Below are positions 12,678 to 25,442 of a stretch of 64,000 bases of DNA, in pieces. The stretch lies in assembly GCF_963921235.1 (NCBI RefSeq), contig NC_086097.1, positions 216,940,001-217,004,000 of the forward strand, written 5' to 3'. Made by a program: the position numbers and the translations under genes. The stretch comes from Mobula hypostoma (taxonomy: Eukaryota). The notes beneath the pieces are model-generated. The model had not been told where the DNA came from, searched no databases, and was given only the letters and a program-made list of their open reading frames with translations. Within the stretch, counting starts at the first letter, position 1; each line of letters opens with the position of its first letter.

Positions 12678-12785
12678 TCCAGTCCTGCCGAAGGGTCTCG
12701 GTCCGAACCGCCACCTGTTTATTCTTTCCCATAGATGCTGCCTGACCTGCTGAGTTCCTCCATCATTTTGTGTGTGCTGCACGGT
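12678..12785 (+). mobile_element. Penelope-like element terminal (pLTR) fragment
   Basis: cagtcctgccgaagggtctcggtccgaacc...catagatgctgcctgacctgctgagttcctcc...ttttgtgtgt, matching the 3' end of the PLE at 50850-50945. Confidence 0.75.
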
Positions 12786-13407
12786 ACACTTCATCTGTAA
12801 TGTGTCTGATTATGTTCATCAGTGTCAATAATCTTCTGAAGCCAACCACTCTGGAGTTAGTGCGTCAGCTTTTAACAGATACCTCATAACTGTTTCAAGA
12901 ACAGCAGCCCCTGAATAGATTACAGTGATCATAGCACAACGAATAATCATTTGGTTAAAGTACATACGGACTAACTGTTTTACATTTAAGTAAAGACCAT
13001 TCCTTGCCTGATGGTTTCAGGCTGATTGATGGGTACAGATGGTCTGACGGACGTCTATGATCTCATCCAAATGCTGCATAACAGTCGCAGACTGATTCTG
13101 AACAAACGTTCAGAACTTTTGAACGTAGCAAACTTATCCCACAGTAAAGTGCAGAAGAAGCTGTGAGCAATGATTAAACGGTTTGCTGTTGAACTGGTAC
13201 AGACCGATGGACGGTTGGAATGCTACAGATTAACGTCTTGCACTTTAAAACAGAGTTTGATCCTGCATTAACAGGCTGTGCTTATTTTGGTGAGTGCGAC
13301 CCTAGGCCAGTAGTTGAGTCTGTACATGTACAGACGCTCCTGCCAAACTGTGCTGCCCTCACTGCCCCCGACACCATCAGCCAGCAGTGATTTTGGCTAG
13401 GCTCGGG

Positions 13408-13460
13408 CACTTCCGGCTTTATTTAAATTACCGCGCTACGTTGGAGTCAATTATTATAGC
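13408..13460 (+). promoter_or_regulatory. tRNA upstream region: ETS-like CACTTCCGG and TATA-like TTATTATA about 30 bp upstream
   Basis: Motifs seen directly within a locally CpG-retaining stretch (~13380-13770). Function is inferred only. Confidence 0.35.
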
Positions 13461-13485
13461 GCTGGAGCGCGTCACCGAGCGTGTT

Positions 13486-13575
13486 CCTTCGATAGCTCAG
13501 CTGGTAGAGCGGAGGACTGTAGTGGACGGGTTCCTAGAAATCCTTAGGTCGCTGGTTCGATTCCGGCTCGAAGGA
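13486..13575 (+). tRNA. TRY-GTA: tRNA-Tyr (anticodon GTA) with 17-nt intron
   Basis: Exon 1 13486-13522 CCTTCGATAGCTCAGCTGGTAGAGCGGAGGACTGTAG; intron 13523-13539 at the canonical 37/38 position; exon 2 13540-13575 ATCCTTAGGTCGCTGGTTCGATTCCGGCTCGAAGGA. The mature 73 nt match vertebrate tRNA-Tyr. Anticodon at 13519-13521. Confidence 0.98.
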
Positions 13576-13580
13576 CAATC

Positions 13581-13584
13581 TTTT
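13581..13584 (+). terminator. RNA polymerase III terminator (T4; longer T run near 13599-13606)
   Basis: TTTT 5 nt downstream of the tRNA 3' end. Confidence 0.75.
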
Positions 13585-13856
13585 ATTCCATTCTATAATT
13601 TTTTTGTAGGGCATTGCAGACGGAAATAAGTATCATAAGTGAAACATTTTTACCACAATGTCCATTTATATTTCTGAATTAACATCGTTTGTTCACGTGG
13701 GCCGCGCATGGTCTGTACACACTATGTAGGTATAACGTAAATGCTTCCCGAGTTGTGCACGTTGTGTTCTGTGGGTTGTGCTCAAACTCAAGTTTAATTT
13801 ATATTGAAAACGCTATTTCTAAGTTTAGAACAACGTGAGAAATGCTTTAAACAAAA

Positions 13857-13995
13857 AAGTCCTGAAGAAGGGTCTCGATCCGAAATAACGACTGTTTACT
13901 TTTTTTCCTAGACCTGCCTGGCCTGCTGAGTTTCTCGGGCATTTTGTATCTGTTGCTTTGGGACTCCAGCATCTGCGGACTTTCTTATGTTTGCG
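13857..13995 (+). mobile_element. Penelope-like pLTR fragment with hammerhead core
   Basis: agtcCTGAAGAagggtctcgatccGAAAtaacgactg...cctgcctggcctgctgagtttctc...ccagcatctgcggactttctt. Confidence 0.75.
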
Positions 13996-14131
13996 GAACA
14001 CTGTAGTCTCCTGCCCTCTACCAATGGATTGTCCTGTACCGAGTCGAATCGGCTTGGGAAGTAGTGGCGTCCCTTGACGGCTTTCTATTTCTTTTGGACG
14101 TCGATCTGCTCAATCCCCTACTCTCTCGGCT

Positions 14132-14645
14132 TCAAGTCAAGTCCGGTCACTTTTTATTGTCATTTCGACCATAACTGCTGGTACAGTAGGCAGTAAAAAT
14201 GAGACAACGTTTTCCAGGACCATGGTGCTACATGAACAATACAAAAACTACACTGAACTACGTAAAAAAACAACACAAAACTACATTAGACTACAGACCT
14301 CCCCAGGACTGCATAAAGTGCACAAAACAGTGCAGGCATTACAATAAATAATAAACAAGACAATAGGCACAGTAGAGGGCAGTAGGTTGGTGTCAGTCCA
14401 GGCTCTGGATATTGTGGAGTCTGATGGCTTGGGGGAAGAAACTGTTACATAGTCCGGTCCTGAGAGCCCGAATACTTCGGTGCCTTTTGCCAGATGGCAG
14501 GAGGGAGAAGAGTTTGTATGAGGGGTGTGTGGGGTCCTTCACAATGCTGTTTGCTTTGCGGATGCAGCATGTGGTGTAAATGTCTGTAATAGCGGGAAGA
14601 GAGACCCCGATGATCTTCTCAGCTGACCTCACTATCCGCTGCAGT
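14132..14645 (-). mobile_element. Rex1/Babar LINE 3' end
   Basis: Minus ORF 14393-14632 RSAEKIIGVSLP...KDPTHPSYKLFSLLPSGKR...NSFFPQAIRL; tail AATAAA followed by (GACTT)n. Confidence 0.85.
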
Positions 14646-14789
14646 GGATAGTGCAGTCACTATTCATGTGTGGAGATCATATTTTATTTTTCTTCAAATT
14701 TCTCTTCTCCCTGAAAACCCTCATTCAAGTGCACTTTATTGATTAAATATTTGGTCACCATATCTTAAGCTCTCCTTTTTAGCTTGGGA

Positions 14790-16070
14790 ACACACACAAA
14801 ATGCTGGAGAAACTCAGCAGGCCGGGCAGCATCTGTGAAACAGAGTACAGTTTATATATTAGGCTGAGACCCTTCCTTCATCAGGATAACAAAGTGGGGA
14901 AGGGGAAGAAGAAGCACTAAGTGATGGGTGAATGGGGGTGAAGTAAAGAGCTGGGAAGTTGATTGGTAAAAGAGACACAGGGCTGGAGAAAGGAGAATCT
15001 GATAGGACAGGACAGAAGGCCATGGAAGAAAGGAAAAGGGGAGAAGCACCAGAGGGAGGTGAGAGGTAAGAAGATAAGGTGAGAGAGGGAAATGGGAATG
15101 GGGAATGCTGAAGGAGAAGGAAGAAAGGCATCTCCAGAAGTTCAAGAAATCGATGTTCATGCCATCAGGGTGCAGGCTACCCAGATGGAATACAGTATAA
15201 GGTATTGCTCCCGCAACCTGAGTGACAGTGGAGGAGGCCATGTCAGAATGGGAATGGGAAGTGGAATTAAAATGGGTGGCCACTGGGAAATCCCGCTTTT
15301 TCTGGCAGACGGAGTGTAGGTGCTCGGCGAAACCATCTCCCAATCTACGTCAGGTTTCACTGATATACAGGAGACCACACTGGAAGCACCGGATAGAGTA
15401 GATGACCCCAAGAGGCTCATAGGTGAGGTGTTGCCTCATGTGGAAGGACTGTTTGGGGCCCTGAATGGTAGTGAGGGAGGAGGTGTAGGGGCAGGTGTAG
15501 CACTTGTTCTGCTTGGAAGGAGAAGTGCCGGGAGGGAGATCAGTGAGGAGGGACGAATGGACAAGTGAGTCACGTAGGGAGCAATCCCAGCGGAAAGCAA
15601 AAAGTTGGAGAGAAGGAAAGAAGCACTTGGTGGTGTTATCGCCTTGGAGGCTGCAGAGAATTATGTGCTGGATGCGGAGGCTGATGGGGTGGTAGCTGAA
15701 GACAAGTGGAACCCTATCCTTGTCAGGGTGGTAGGAGGATGGGGTGAGGGCAGGTGTGTGCAAAATGGAAGAGATGCGGTTGAGGGCAGCGTTGATGGTG
15801 GAGGAAGGGAAGCCCCTTTCTTTGAAGAAGGAGGACATCTCCCTCATTCCGGAATGAAAGGCTTCATTCTGAGAGCAGATGCGGCAGAGCTGGAGGAATT
15901 GAGAGAAAGGGACGGCATTTCTACAAGTAACAGGGCGGGAAGAGGTATAGTCCAGGTAGCTGTGAGAATCAGTGGATTTATAATTGACATCAGTAGATAA
16001 GCTGCCTCCAGAGATAGAGACAAAGAAATCGAGAAAGGGGAGGGAGGTATTGGAAATATCCACTTGGACA
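14790..16070 (-). mobile_element. Penelope-like retroelement, 5'-truncated (RT C-terminus, GIY-YIG endonuclease, pLTR)
   Basis: Minus ORF 15350-16225 SLPFLD...YKSTDSHSYLDYTS...GVIYSIRCFQCGLLYISET. Homologous to 48945-50945. Confidence 0.88.
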
Positions 16071-16261
16071 AGTAACCAGCATTTATTTTTATTCCCAACT
16101 GAGGTTAAGGGTGAGCTGTGGAGTTTTTGGCTAATGCACTCCCGCAATGCAGTTTTGCAGGGAATTCTGGGATTTAAATCCAAAGTCAATGAAGGATTGC
16201 AGTAGATTCTGGTTAATTGGAACACATCGGGATCTGCACATTTTGGCCCAGTTCAGCACCT

Positions 16262-16785
16262 ATCAGAATCAGTTTCATGTCATGGCAGATGTTGTGAAAT
16301 TGGTTCTTTTTTAAACAGCACTACATTGTAATGCAGAACTATTAAAAAAACTATAAATTACAATTACAATAAGAAATGCACATATATATAATGAAATTAA
16401 TTAAGCAGTACAAAAAGAGAGCAAAGAAACAGCGAGGTAGTGATCATGGGTTCATAACCCGTTAAGAAATCTGACGGCAGAGGAGAAGAAGCTGTTCCTG
16501 AAACACTGACTCTGTGTATTCAAATTCCTGTACCTCCTCCTTGATGGTAGCAATGATAAAAGGGCATATCCTGGCTGATGGGGGTCTTAATGATGGTGCC
16601 AGCTTTTTGCGGTATAACCATTTGAAGTTGTCCTCAATGCTGGGAAGGCTAGTGCCCATGGCTGAGTTGAAAACCTTATGCAGCTTTTCCATTCCTGTGT
16701 AGTCTCCCCTCCATAACAGATGGCGATGCAAATTAGAACGCTCTCCACAGTGCACTTACAGAAATTTACAACAGCCAACTCCTTG
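16262..16785 (-). mobile_element. Rex1/Babar LINE 3' fragment
   Basis: [11 protein letters not shown]...MGTSLPSIED...FRNSFFS-like sequence, with a (TGATTC)n-type tail at ~16262. Confidence 0.75.
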
Positions 16786-16819
16786 GCCTTCATGCAACCC
16801 TGGATAGAAAAGATGCATA

Positions 16820-17942
16820 TATCAGCATTCTCTTTATCGACTACATTCAATACTATCATCCCCTCTACTCTAATCAATAAGCTGCAAGAGCTCGGCCTCA
16901 ATACCTCCTTCTGCCATTGGATCCTCACTTGCAGATCCCAGTCAGTTTGGGTTGGCAACAACATCTCCTCCACGATCTCCATCAGCACAGATGAACCACA
17001 AAGCTGTGTGCTTAGCCCCCTGCTCTACTCGCTTTACACTTATGACTGTGTGGCTAAGCACAGCTCCAATGCCACATTCAAGTTTGCTGATGACACTAAT
17101 GTCGTAGACCAAATCAAAGGTAGTGATGAATCAGCATATTGGAGGGAGATTGAAAGTCTGGCTGAGTGGTACCATAACAGTGACCACTTACTGCGTGTCA
17201 GCAAGACTAAGGAATGGATTATTGACTTCAGTAGAGAGAAAGCGGAAGTCCATGAGTCAGTCCTCATCAGAGGCTCACAGCTGGAAATGGTCACCAACTT
17301 TAAATTCTTCAGTGTTATTATTTCAGAGGACCTCTTCTGGGTCAAGCACAGCCGCACCTCTACTTCCTTAGGAGTTTGCGGAGATACAGCATGATATCTA
17401 AAACTTTAACGAACTTCTATAGATGTGCAGTGGAAACACTCAGTGCCTTGGAATGGAAAATCCTACAAAAAGTAGTGGATACAGTCCAGTCCATCACAGC
17501 AAAAGCCCTCCCCACCATTGAGCACATCCACATAAAACGCCGTTACAGGAAAGCAGCATCCATCATCAGGGACCCCCACCACCGAGGTACCAGAGCCTTA
17601 GGACTCACAACACAGGGTTCAGGAACAGTTACTATCCCTCGACCACCAGGCTGTTCAACCAAAGGGGATAACTTCACTCAACTTCACTTGCCCCATCATT
17701 GGTTCCCACAACCAATGGACTCACTTTCAAGGACTCTTCATCTCACATTCTCGATATTTATTGCTTACTTATTTATTATTATTTATTTCTTTTTGTATTT
17801 GCACAATTTGCTCTTATGCACTCAAATTAAATGCCCAAGTTGGGTAGTCTTTTATTGATTCTGTTATGGATATTATTCTTTTGATTCATTGAGTATGCCC
17901 ACACAAAAATGAATCTCAAGCTTGTAAAATTTACTTTGAAAT
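16820..17942 (+). mobile_element. Rex1/Babar LINE RT-to-tail fragment
   Basis: ORF 16720-17394 [13 protein letters not shown]...[18 protein letters not shown]...FKFADDT...SKTKE; tail ...tttactttgaa. Confidence 0.88.
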
Positions 17943-18099
17943 TAAATATGCCACTGACAAGTGGTGATTCTTTGCAGCTCTGATGAAAATCATTAAATAT
18001 TCCCTTTTAGGAATTTTACAGCTGAAATCTACAGTCACAGGGTACTTCACAAAATAACATCAGGTTAAGGCATATAAAAGAACTGTTGATACTCATATC

Positions 18100-21000
18100 T
18101 TGTGATAGCAGTGGATCCCAGACTGCAGACTCAGGTGGCGGTTGCAGTTTCCCTCAAAGAAAATTGAAGCACGGAAATCAAGCCAGTTTACAGATACAAA
18201 TGAAATGCAGGAGCTTTAGATCCTCACTCCCCACTATCCTCCTAGTGAATCTGGAAAGTGAAATTGAAAGACTCGGAACAAGATTGTTGTACTAGAGGGA
18301 CATCAGGAACTGTTGTGTACTTTGCTTTATGGAAACATGGTTAACCCTTGACATTTTGAATGCTGCGCTCCATTTCCCTCTCAACCCCACCCATCCTCTG
18401 CCTTCTCCCCGTAACCTTTCACATGCTGAGTAATCAAGAACCTATTAACCTCCACCTTAAATACACCCAATGACCTGGCCTCCACAGCGACCTGTGGCAA
18501 TGAACTCCACAGATTCCCCACCCTCTAGCTAAAGAAATTCCTCCTCATCTCCATTCTAAAGGAACAACCCTCTATTCTGAAGCTGTTCCCTCTGGTCCTA
18601 GACTCTCCCACCATAGGAAACATCCTCTCCAAATCTACTCTATCTAAGCCTTTCAAAATTCAATAGGTTTCAATGAAATTCCCAACTCAATCTTCTAAAT
18701 TCCACCAAGTAAAGCCCAGAACCATCAATTACTCCTCATCCGATAAGGCTTTCATTCATGGAATCATTCTCATGAGCCTCCTCTGAACCCTCTCCAATGT
18801 CACCTCTTCTTTTCTTAAATAACTTGGCCCAAAATTACTCACAATACTCCAAGTGAGGCCTCACCAGTGCCTTATAAACCTTCAGCATTACATCTTTTTC
18901 TTTTATATTCTAGTCCTCTCAAAATGAATGTTAACATTACATTTGCCTTCCTCACCACTGACTCCACCTGCAAGTTAACCTTTAGGGAATTCTGCATTAG
19001 GGCTCCCAAGTCCCCATGCACCCCAGATCTTTGTATTTTATCCCTGTTTTCGCTTTTATCCCTTCTACCAAAGTGCATGACTACACACTTCCCGACCTTT
19101 GCCACTTCTTGGGCCATTCTCCCCATCCAACTCCTTCTTCAGCCACCTTGTTTCCTCAATACTACCTGCTCCTCCAGCTGTCTTCATATCATCTGCAAAC
19201 TTGGTCACAAAGCCATCAATTCTATCATCCAAATCATCGATATACAACATAAAAAGTGGTCCCAACATAGACCCCTGTGGAACACCACTAATCACAGGCA
19301 GCCAATCAGAAAAGGCTCCCTTTATTACCACTCTTGGCCTCCTGCCAATCAGCCAATGCTCTATCCATGCTAGAATCTTTCCTACAATACCAGGGCTCTT
19401 ATCTTGTAGCCTCATGTCTGTCACCTTGTTAAAGGCCTTCTCAAATCCAAGTACACAACATCCACTGATTCTCCTTTGTCTATCCTGCTTGTTATTTCTT
19501 CAAAGAATTCCGACAGATTTGTCAGGCAAGATTTTCCCTTATACTGATTTTAGCCTATATTATAATGTGTCTTCACCTGAAGCCACATCTTTAACAATCA
19601 ACTCCAACATCTTTCCCATCACTAATGTCAGTTTAACTGGCCTACAATTTATTTTCTTCTGCCTCCCTCCCTTCTTGAAGAGTGAAATGATACTTCCAGT
19701 CCTCTGGAACTATTCCAGAATATAGTGATTCGTGAAAGATCATTACTAATGCCTCCACAATCTCTTCAGCTACCTCTTTCAGAACCCTGGGGTGCAGTCC
19801 ATCTGGACCAGGTGACCTACCTTCAGACCTTTCAGTTTTCCAAGTACCTTCTCCTTAGTAAGTGGAGAATGCTTTATGATTAACTCACTGTGGTACACAG
19901 ATGTGGTGGTTCCGTCTCAATCCTGCTCACCCAACCTGGAACATCTAGCAGTCAAGTGTCATCCATTTTATATGCTAAGGGAGTCTTCAGCCATCATCCT
20001 GGCAACAGTGTACATTCCACCTCAGGCAGGTAGGCACTGGAGGAGCTTAGTGCTGTATTAAGCAGGCATGAAATAGTGCAGCCAGATGCCTTCCCTATCA
20101 TTGCAGGGATTTCAACCAGGCCAGCTTGAAGAAGTCTCTGAACAACTACCACCAAACTATCACCTGTGGAACAGAGGAGCCAACACACTTGACCATCAAT
20201 AATACTTACAGTGCCATCCTTTGCCCATACTTGGGAGAAGTCTGATCACCTGGTTGTACTTCTACTCCCAGCGAACAGGCAGAGACTAAAGACCGCAGCA
20301 GCAGTGTTGAAGGTCAAGAAGGTGTGATCAAGGAAGAAGGAGGAGCACTTACAGGACTGCCTTGAGTCAGTGGACTGGACAATATTCAGAGACTCATCCT
20401 TGAATCTGCAAAAATTTTCATTGACTTCATCAAGACCTCTGTGGATGAGTGTGTGCCTTTGAGAGCGTACTGGACATACCGAAACCAAAGGCTGTAGGTG
20501 AACAAGGAGATTCATAGTCTGCTGATAGCTGGATCTGTGGCAATCAAGACCAGCGATCCAGAACTATACAGGTACAACCTAAGGAAGGCTATTTTAAGAG
20601 TGAAAAAAACAGTTCCAATTGAAGTTAGAGATGGAATTGGATGCATGTCAGCTATGGTAGGGTTTACAGGCCATTATTTTCTACAAGGCAAAACCTAAGA
20701 TCATGAATGGCTGTGATGAATTCCCAGGTTAGCTCAACACCTTTTATGCGTGCTTTGAAAGGAGGACAAAGCTACACCTGTGCAAATCCTTGAAATCTCT
20801 GTCTGAGAGGCCAACATCAGAACATCTTTCCTGAGGGTGAACCCTCACAAACTGTTAGGCCCTGATGGTGTATCTTGGAGGGCTCTGTGCCACCCAACTG
20901 GCGTGAGTGTTCAAGGACATCTTCAATCTCTGACTGCTGCACTCAGAGGTTCCCACCCGCTTCAAAAGGTCAATGATCATAATGGTGCCCAAGAAGAGCA

Positions 21001-21790
21001 GGGTGAGCGAGCTTAATGACTATCATCCAGCTGCACTCACATCTACAGTGATGAAGCGCTTTGAGAGGTTGGTCATGGCCAGAATCAATTCTTGCCTAAG
21101 CAAGGACCTGGACCCACAGCAATTTGCCTATCGTCACAATAGGTCTACAGTAGTTGCAATCTTACTGGCTCTCCACTTGGCCTTGGATCACCTGGACAAT
21201 ACTAATACCTACATCAGGCTGCTGGTTATTGATTGAAGCTCAGCGTTCAACACCATGTCGTCCTCAGTTCTAACCAGCTCCTACACCTGGGCCTCTGCCC
21301 TTTGCAACTGGATCCTTGACGGGCTCATTGGGAAACCACAGTCAGTGCAGATCAGAAATAACATCTCCTTGCTCACAATCAGCACTAGTGCACCTCAAGG
21401 ACATGTGCTTAGCCCATTGCTCTACTCTCTCTAAACCCACGACTGTGTGGCTAGGCACAGCTCAAACACCATCTATAAATTTGCTGATGACACAACTATT
21501 GTTGGCAGATTTTCAGATAGTGACAAGGAGGCGTACAGGAGTAAGATAGATCAGCTGGTAGAGTGGTGTCACAATAGCAATGTTGCACTCGACATCAGTA
21601 ACACCAAGGAATTGATTTTGGACTTCAGGAAGGGAAGTTGAGGGAACACACACCAGTCCTCATAGAGGGACCAGTAGTGGTAAGGGTGAGCAATTTCAAG
21701 TTCCTGGGTGTCAACATCTCTGAAGATCTATCCTGGGTCTGTCATATTAATGCAATTACAAAGAATGCATATAGTGACTATAGTTCATTT
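18100..21790 (+). mobile_element. Long decayed Rex1/Babar LINE (APE endonuclease + RT), split by a CR1
   Basis: LPTILLVN...RDIRNCCVLCFMETWL (18225-18345). Resumes at ~19865 with CSPNLEHLAVKCHPFY...VYIPPQA, then [13 protein letters not shown]...ALTSTVMK and YKFADDTTIVG. Confidence 0.85.
18370..19860 (-). mobile_element. CR1 LINE fragment inserted in the Rex1
   Basis: Minus ORFs 19065-19424 (GVPQGSMLGP...KFADDMK) and 18872-19126. Confidence 0.85.
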
Positions 21791-21809
21791 GGAGTTTACC
21801 AATACTCGT

Positions 21810-22385
21810 ACATTCAGTGTACACTGCTGTTTTCTTTTGATTGACAGTAAATAAACAAACTCAGCACAGATAACTAGCGCAGATAACGGACTGCCTTCAT
21901 ACAATGCTTCCAACAATTGCATCCTCCAAATCGTCATTTTCATTGTAACATTCAGGGTGGTTGTTGATACCTTTGAATTCTTCCTAGTTCCTTACTTCTT
22001 GAATTAGCAAAATAGTTTCATTTTCAATTCAGGCCATTCAAGCCTGAATGCTTGAAACCTCATTAAGCAAAACAGTTCTGAGTTGTCTTATTGCTTATTT
22101 CTCACCAATTATCAGTGACAAAAATCACTTTTTCAAACACAAACACATGCAACTGATGCTATTTATAAACAATTCACTCTAAGATCTATGTACTATCTAA
22201 CAGTCACATGTGCACTGACGTTAGTTAAAAACTGTTGGTAACAACCTCCTGTCCCAGCAGCATAGTGTACCAAATAAACAAAGGAGATTCCAGCTATTTT
22301 CTTGATTAGTTTTTGTCCTTTAAGAGTTGTCCCAAATAAATAGCTGCTCCCGTAAACTGATGACCCAATTAACTGGAACCCACTG
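21810..22385. mobile_element. Tc1/mariner (Tigger-like) DNA transposon remnant
   Basis: Ends CCCAATTAACTGGAACCCACTG followed by TA. A matching inverted terminus CAGTAGATTCTGGTTAATTGG lies at 16200-16220. Left boundary uncertain. Confidence 0.45.
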
Positions 22386-22462
22386 TATGTATTTTCAAGT
22401 CAGGATGGAGTGTGACTTGGAGGGGGAACCTGTTCTCTCTGTTCCCCTGCTAACCTCTTTAT

Positions 22463-23440
22463 TCAAAGTCAACTTATTAACAATGTACAAATATGTCAGC
22501 ATATACTACTTTGAGATTCATTTTCTTGAGGCCATTTACAGGAAAATAAAGAAATACAATCAAACAGAGATTGCCAAACAACCAATGTGATAAAGAAGAC
22601 AAATAGTGCCAATAATAAAAAGGTAAAGATACAATACTGAGAAGATGAGTTGCAGAGTGCTTGTGAGTGAGGCTACAGGTTGTGGAGTCAGTTCAGTGTT
22701 GAGGTGATGAGGTTGTCCACGATGTTTCAAGAGCCTTATGGTTGTAAGGTAATAACTGTTCCTAAAGGTGGTGGTGTGGGTCCTAAGGCTCCTGAACCAC
22801 CTACCCAATGGTGGTAGCAAGAAGAGACCATGATGGGGGTCTTTGATGATGGATGCTGTGGTCTTGTGGCAGCATTCCTTGTAGATGTGCTCAACAAATA
22901 CGAGGGCTTTGTCTGTGATGGTCTGGCTGCTATCCACCAAGTTTGTAGACTTTTCCATCCCTGAGCATTGGTATGCCCATCCGAGGCTGTGATGCAGTCA
23001 GTCAGAATATTCTCCACTGTGCATCTACAGAAGCTTGTCAAATTTTAGATGACATGCCAACTCTACACAAACTCCTAAGAGAGTAGAGGCACAGTTGTAC
23101 CTTCTTTGTGATGGCACTTACATGCTGGTCCCAGTACAGATCCTCTGTCATGAGAACACTACGGAATTTAAAGTTACTGACCCTCTCTATCTCTGATCCT
23201 CTAATGAAGACTGGCTCATGGATCTCCAGCTTCTTCTTCCTGTAGGCTCTTTTCACTTGCTGACATTGACTGAGAGGTTTCTAATTTTTGCACCATTCAA
23301 CCAGATTTTCAACCTCCCTCCTATATGCCGACTTGTCACCAGCTATGTTGTGGCCAGCAACAGTGGTCTCATCTGCAATCTTAAATATTGCTTCGGAGTT
23401 GTTCTTAGCCACACAATCAAAAGTTTAAAGGGAGTGTATC
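22463..23440 (-). mobile_element. Rex1/Babar LINE 3' part
   Basis: Minus ORFs 23038-23256 (ERVSNFKF...AITKKVQLCLYSLR), 22736-23041 (FCRCTVENILTDCITA) and 22560-22958 (FRNSYY). Confidence 0.85.
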
Positions 23441-23607
23441 ATCTCAGATGATATGCATTTCAGCCACTGTCAACCAACGAAGGGGGAAATAAATGTTTAA
23501 CGTGGTGGAGAGGGTACTAATTAAACAGCCAACTGTTAGATCGTGTTGAGCTTCTTGAGAGCTGATGGTGCTGGACTCATCCAGACAAGTGGAGAGTATT
23601 CCTTATT

Positions 23608-25442
23608 TGAGGAACTCAGCAGGCCAGGTAGCATCTATGGAAAAGAGTACAGTTGATTTTACGGGCTGAGACACTTCATCAGGACTGGAGAAAAAAAGAT
23701 GAGAAGAAAGTGGGGGGAGGGAGTGAGAAACACAAGGTGATAGGTGAAACCGGGAGGGGTGAAGTAAAGAGCTGGGAAGTTGGTTGATGAAAGAGATACA
23801 GAGCTGGAGAAGGGGGAATCTAATATGAGAGGGCAGGAAGCCATGGAAGAAAGAAAAGGGGGGATGAGCACCAGAGGGAGGTGATCGGCAGGCAAGGAGA
23901 TAAGGTGAGAGAGGGAAAAGGGGATTGGGACTGCTGGGGGGTGGGGGAGGGGAAGACATTACCGAAAGTTTGAGAAATCGATATTCATGCCATCAGGTTG
24001 GAGGCTACCTAAGGGGAAATATAAGGTGTTGCTCCTCCAATCTGAGTGTAGCTTCATTGCGACAGTAGAGGACGCCATGGACAGACATATCAGAATGGGA
24101 ATGAGAAGTGGAATTAAAATGGGTGGCCACTGGTAGATCCCACTTTTTCTGGCGGACAGAGCATAGGTGCTCGGCGAAATGGTCTCCCAATCCACGTCAA
24201 ATATCACCAATATACAGGAGGCCACAACAGGAGCACTGAACACAGTAAATAACCCCAACAGACTCACAGGTGAAGTGTTGCCTCACCTGCAAGGACTCTT
24301 TGGGACCCTGAATGGTAGTGAGGGAGGAAGTGTAGGGGCAGGTGTAGCACTTGTTCCGCATGCAAGGATAAGTACCAGGAGGTAGATCAGTGGGGAGAGG
24401 CAAATGGAGAAGGGAGTTCTTTAGGGAGCGATCCCTGTGAAGAGCAGAAAATGAAGGTGGGGGGGGGTGGAAATGTGCTTGGTGGTGGGATCCCATAGAA
24501 GATGGCAGAAGTTATGGAGAATTAGAATCAGAATCAGGTTTATTATCACCGGCATGTGTCATGAAATTTGTTAACTTAGCAGCAGCAGTTCAATGCAATA
24601 CATAATATAGAAGAAGAAAAAAAATAACAATAAATCATTCAATCAATTACAGAGTATGTATATTGAATAGTTTAAAAATCGTGCAAAAACAGAAATAATG
24701 TACATTTTAAAAATGAGGTAGTGTTTGAGGGTTCAATGTCCATTTAGGAATCAGAAGGCAGAGGGGAAGAAGCTGTTCCTGAATTGCTGAATGTGTGCCT
24801 TCAGGCCTCTGTACTTCCTACCTGATGGTAACAGTGAGAAAAGGGCATGTCCTGGGTGCTGGAGGGAGGTTGGATGCGGAGGCTGGTGGGATGGTAGGTG
24901 AATACAAGAGGAACCCTATCCCTGGTAGGGTAGCGGGAGGGTGGGGTGGAGCAGATGTGTGTGAAGTGGAAGAGATACCACTGAGGTGGAGGAAGGGAAG
25001 CCCCTTTCTTTGAAGAATGAGCACACCTCCTTCATTCTGAAATGAAAAGCCTTATCCTGAGATCAGATGTGGCAGAGACAGAGGAATTGAGAGAAGGGGA
25101 TGTTTTTACAAGTAACAGGGTGGGAAGAGGTATAGTCCAGGTGGCTGTAGAGTCCGTGGATTTGTAATAGACATCAGCAGATAAACTGTCTCCAGATAGA
25201 GATAGAGAGACTGAGAAAGTGGAGGGAGGTGTCAGAGATGGACCAGATAAATTTGAGGGCAAGGTGGAAGTTGGAGGCAAAGTTGATGAAGTCGACGAGT
25301 TCCGCAAGGGTACAGAAAGCAGCACCAATGCAGTTGTTGATGTAGTGTAGGAAAAGTGGGGAGCAGTCACCAGAGTAGGCTTGGAACATAGACTTTCTAC
25401 GTAGCCCAACAAAAAGGCAGGCGCAGCTGGGACCCATGTGAG
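23608..25442 (-). mobile_element. Penelope-like retroelement (RT, GIY-YIG, pLTR), interrupted by a Rex1 tail
   Basis: MGPSCACLFVG...HYINNCIG (25174-25437) and GVIYCVQCSCCGLLYIGD (24197-24496). pLTR with CTGATGA core at ~23676-23682 (minus). Confidence 0.88.
24523..24866 (-). mobile_element. Rex1/Babar 3' tail inserted in the Penelope-like element
   Basis: (AGAATC)n-ggtttatt tail plus reverse-strand RYRGLKAH..QFRNSFFPSAF. Confidence 0.75.

Noticed and set aside
13387..13629. 80-aa ORF overlapping the tRNA
   Set aside because: Incidental translation through the tRNA-Tyr gene; no protein similarity recognised.
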